A stretch of DNA of 64,000 nt, from assembly GCF_006345805.1 (NCBI RefSeq), contig NC_042997.1, forward strand, positions 71,796,001-71,860,000, read 5' to 3'. Position numbers and translations under genes: made by a program. Each line of letters opens with the position of its first letter. The stretch's first letter is position 1. The notes under the pieces were generated by a model. It was not told the origin of the DNA. It ran no database searches and saw nothing but the letters and a program-made list of their open reading frames with translations. Positions 63,925 through 64,000 of this stretch are shown piece by piece. The DNA is from Octopus sinensis. Lineage: Eukaryota.

Positions 63925-64000
63925 AATAATAATAATAATAATAATAATAATATACTACTACAAACAGACACCGTCAACTAACACTACAATGTGCCAAAAG

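Overview
Eukaryotic, AT-rich, microsatellite- and transposon-saturated DNA. The SINE families look like those of Octopus (coleoid cephalopod); this is recognition, not a database hit. The only supportable host gene is a minus-strand ADAMTS metalloprotease (ADAMTS16/18-like). Two exons are identifiable: 31116-30939 (prodomain, ...QFCG...) and 10658-10426 (furin site RSRRKR plus start of the catalytic domain). They are phase-compatible across a ~20.3 kb intron; the other exons were not found and probably lie outside the window. Nearly all supplied six-frame ORFs are microsatellite translations or decayed transposon pieces. Mobile DNA includes three tRNA-like SINE families, RTE and other LINE remnants, Penelope-like (PLE) remnants, a Tigger/pogo element full of nested insertions, a Tc1/mariner-like and an hAT-like DNA transposon, several fold-back elements, and a near full-length but broken R4/Dong-type LINE in a (TAA)n tract. 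The most notable unannotated signal is a set of minimal type I hammerhead ribozyme motifs. About ten are intact or near intact, from at least six repeat families, and most have a self-complementary stem III as in dimer-cleaving PLE hammerheads. They include a CUGUUGA core variant and a tRNA-head plus hammerhead SINE-like unit arranged as a head-to-head palindrome. The ADAMTS catalytic-domain exon also begins with an AG|GTAAGA recursive-splice-like junction. All folds were made by eye and no activity is demonstrated. No rRNA, genuine tRNA or CRISPR array was found.
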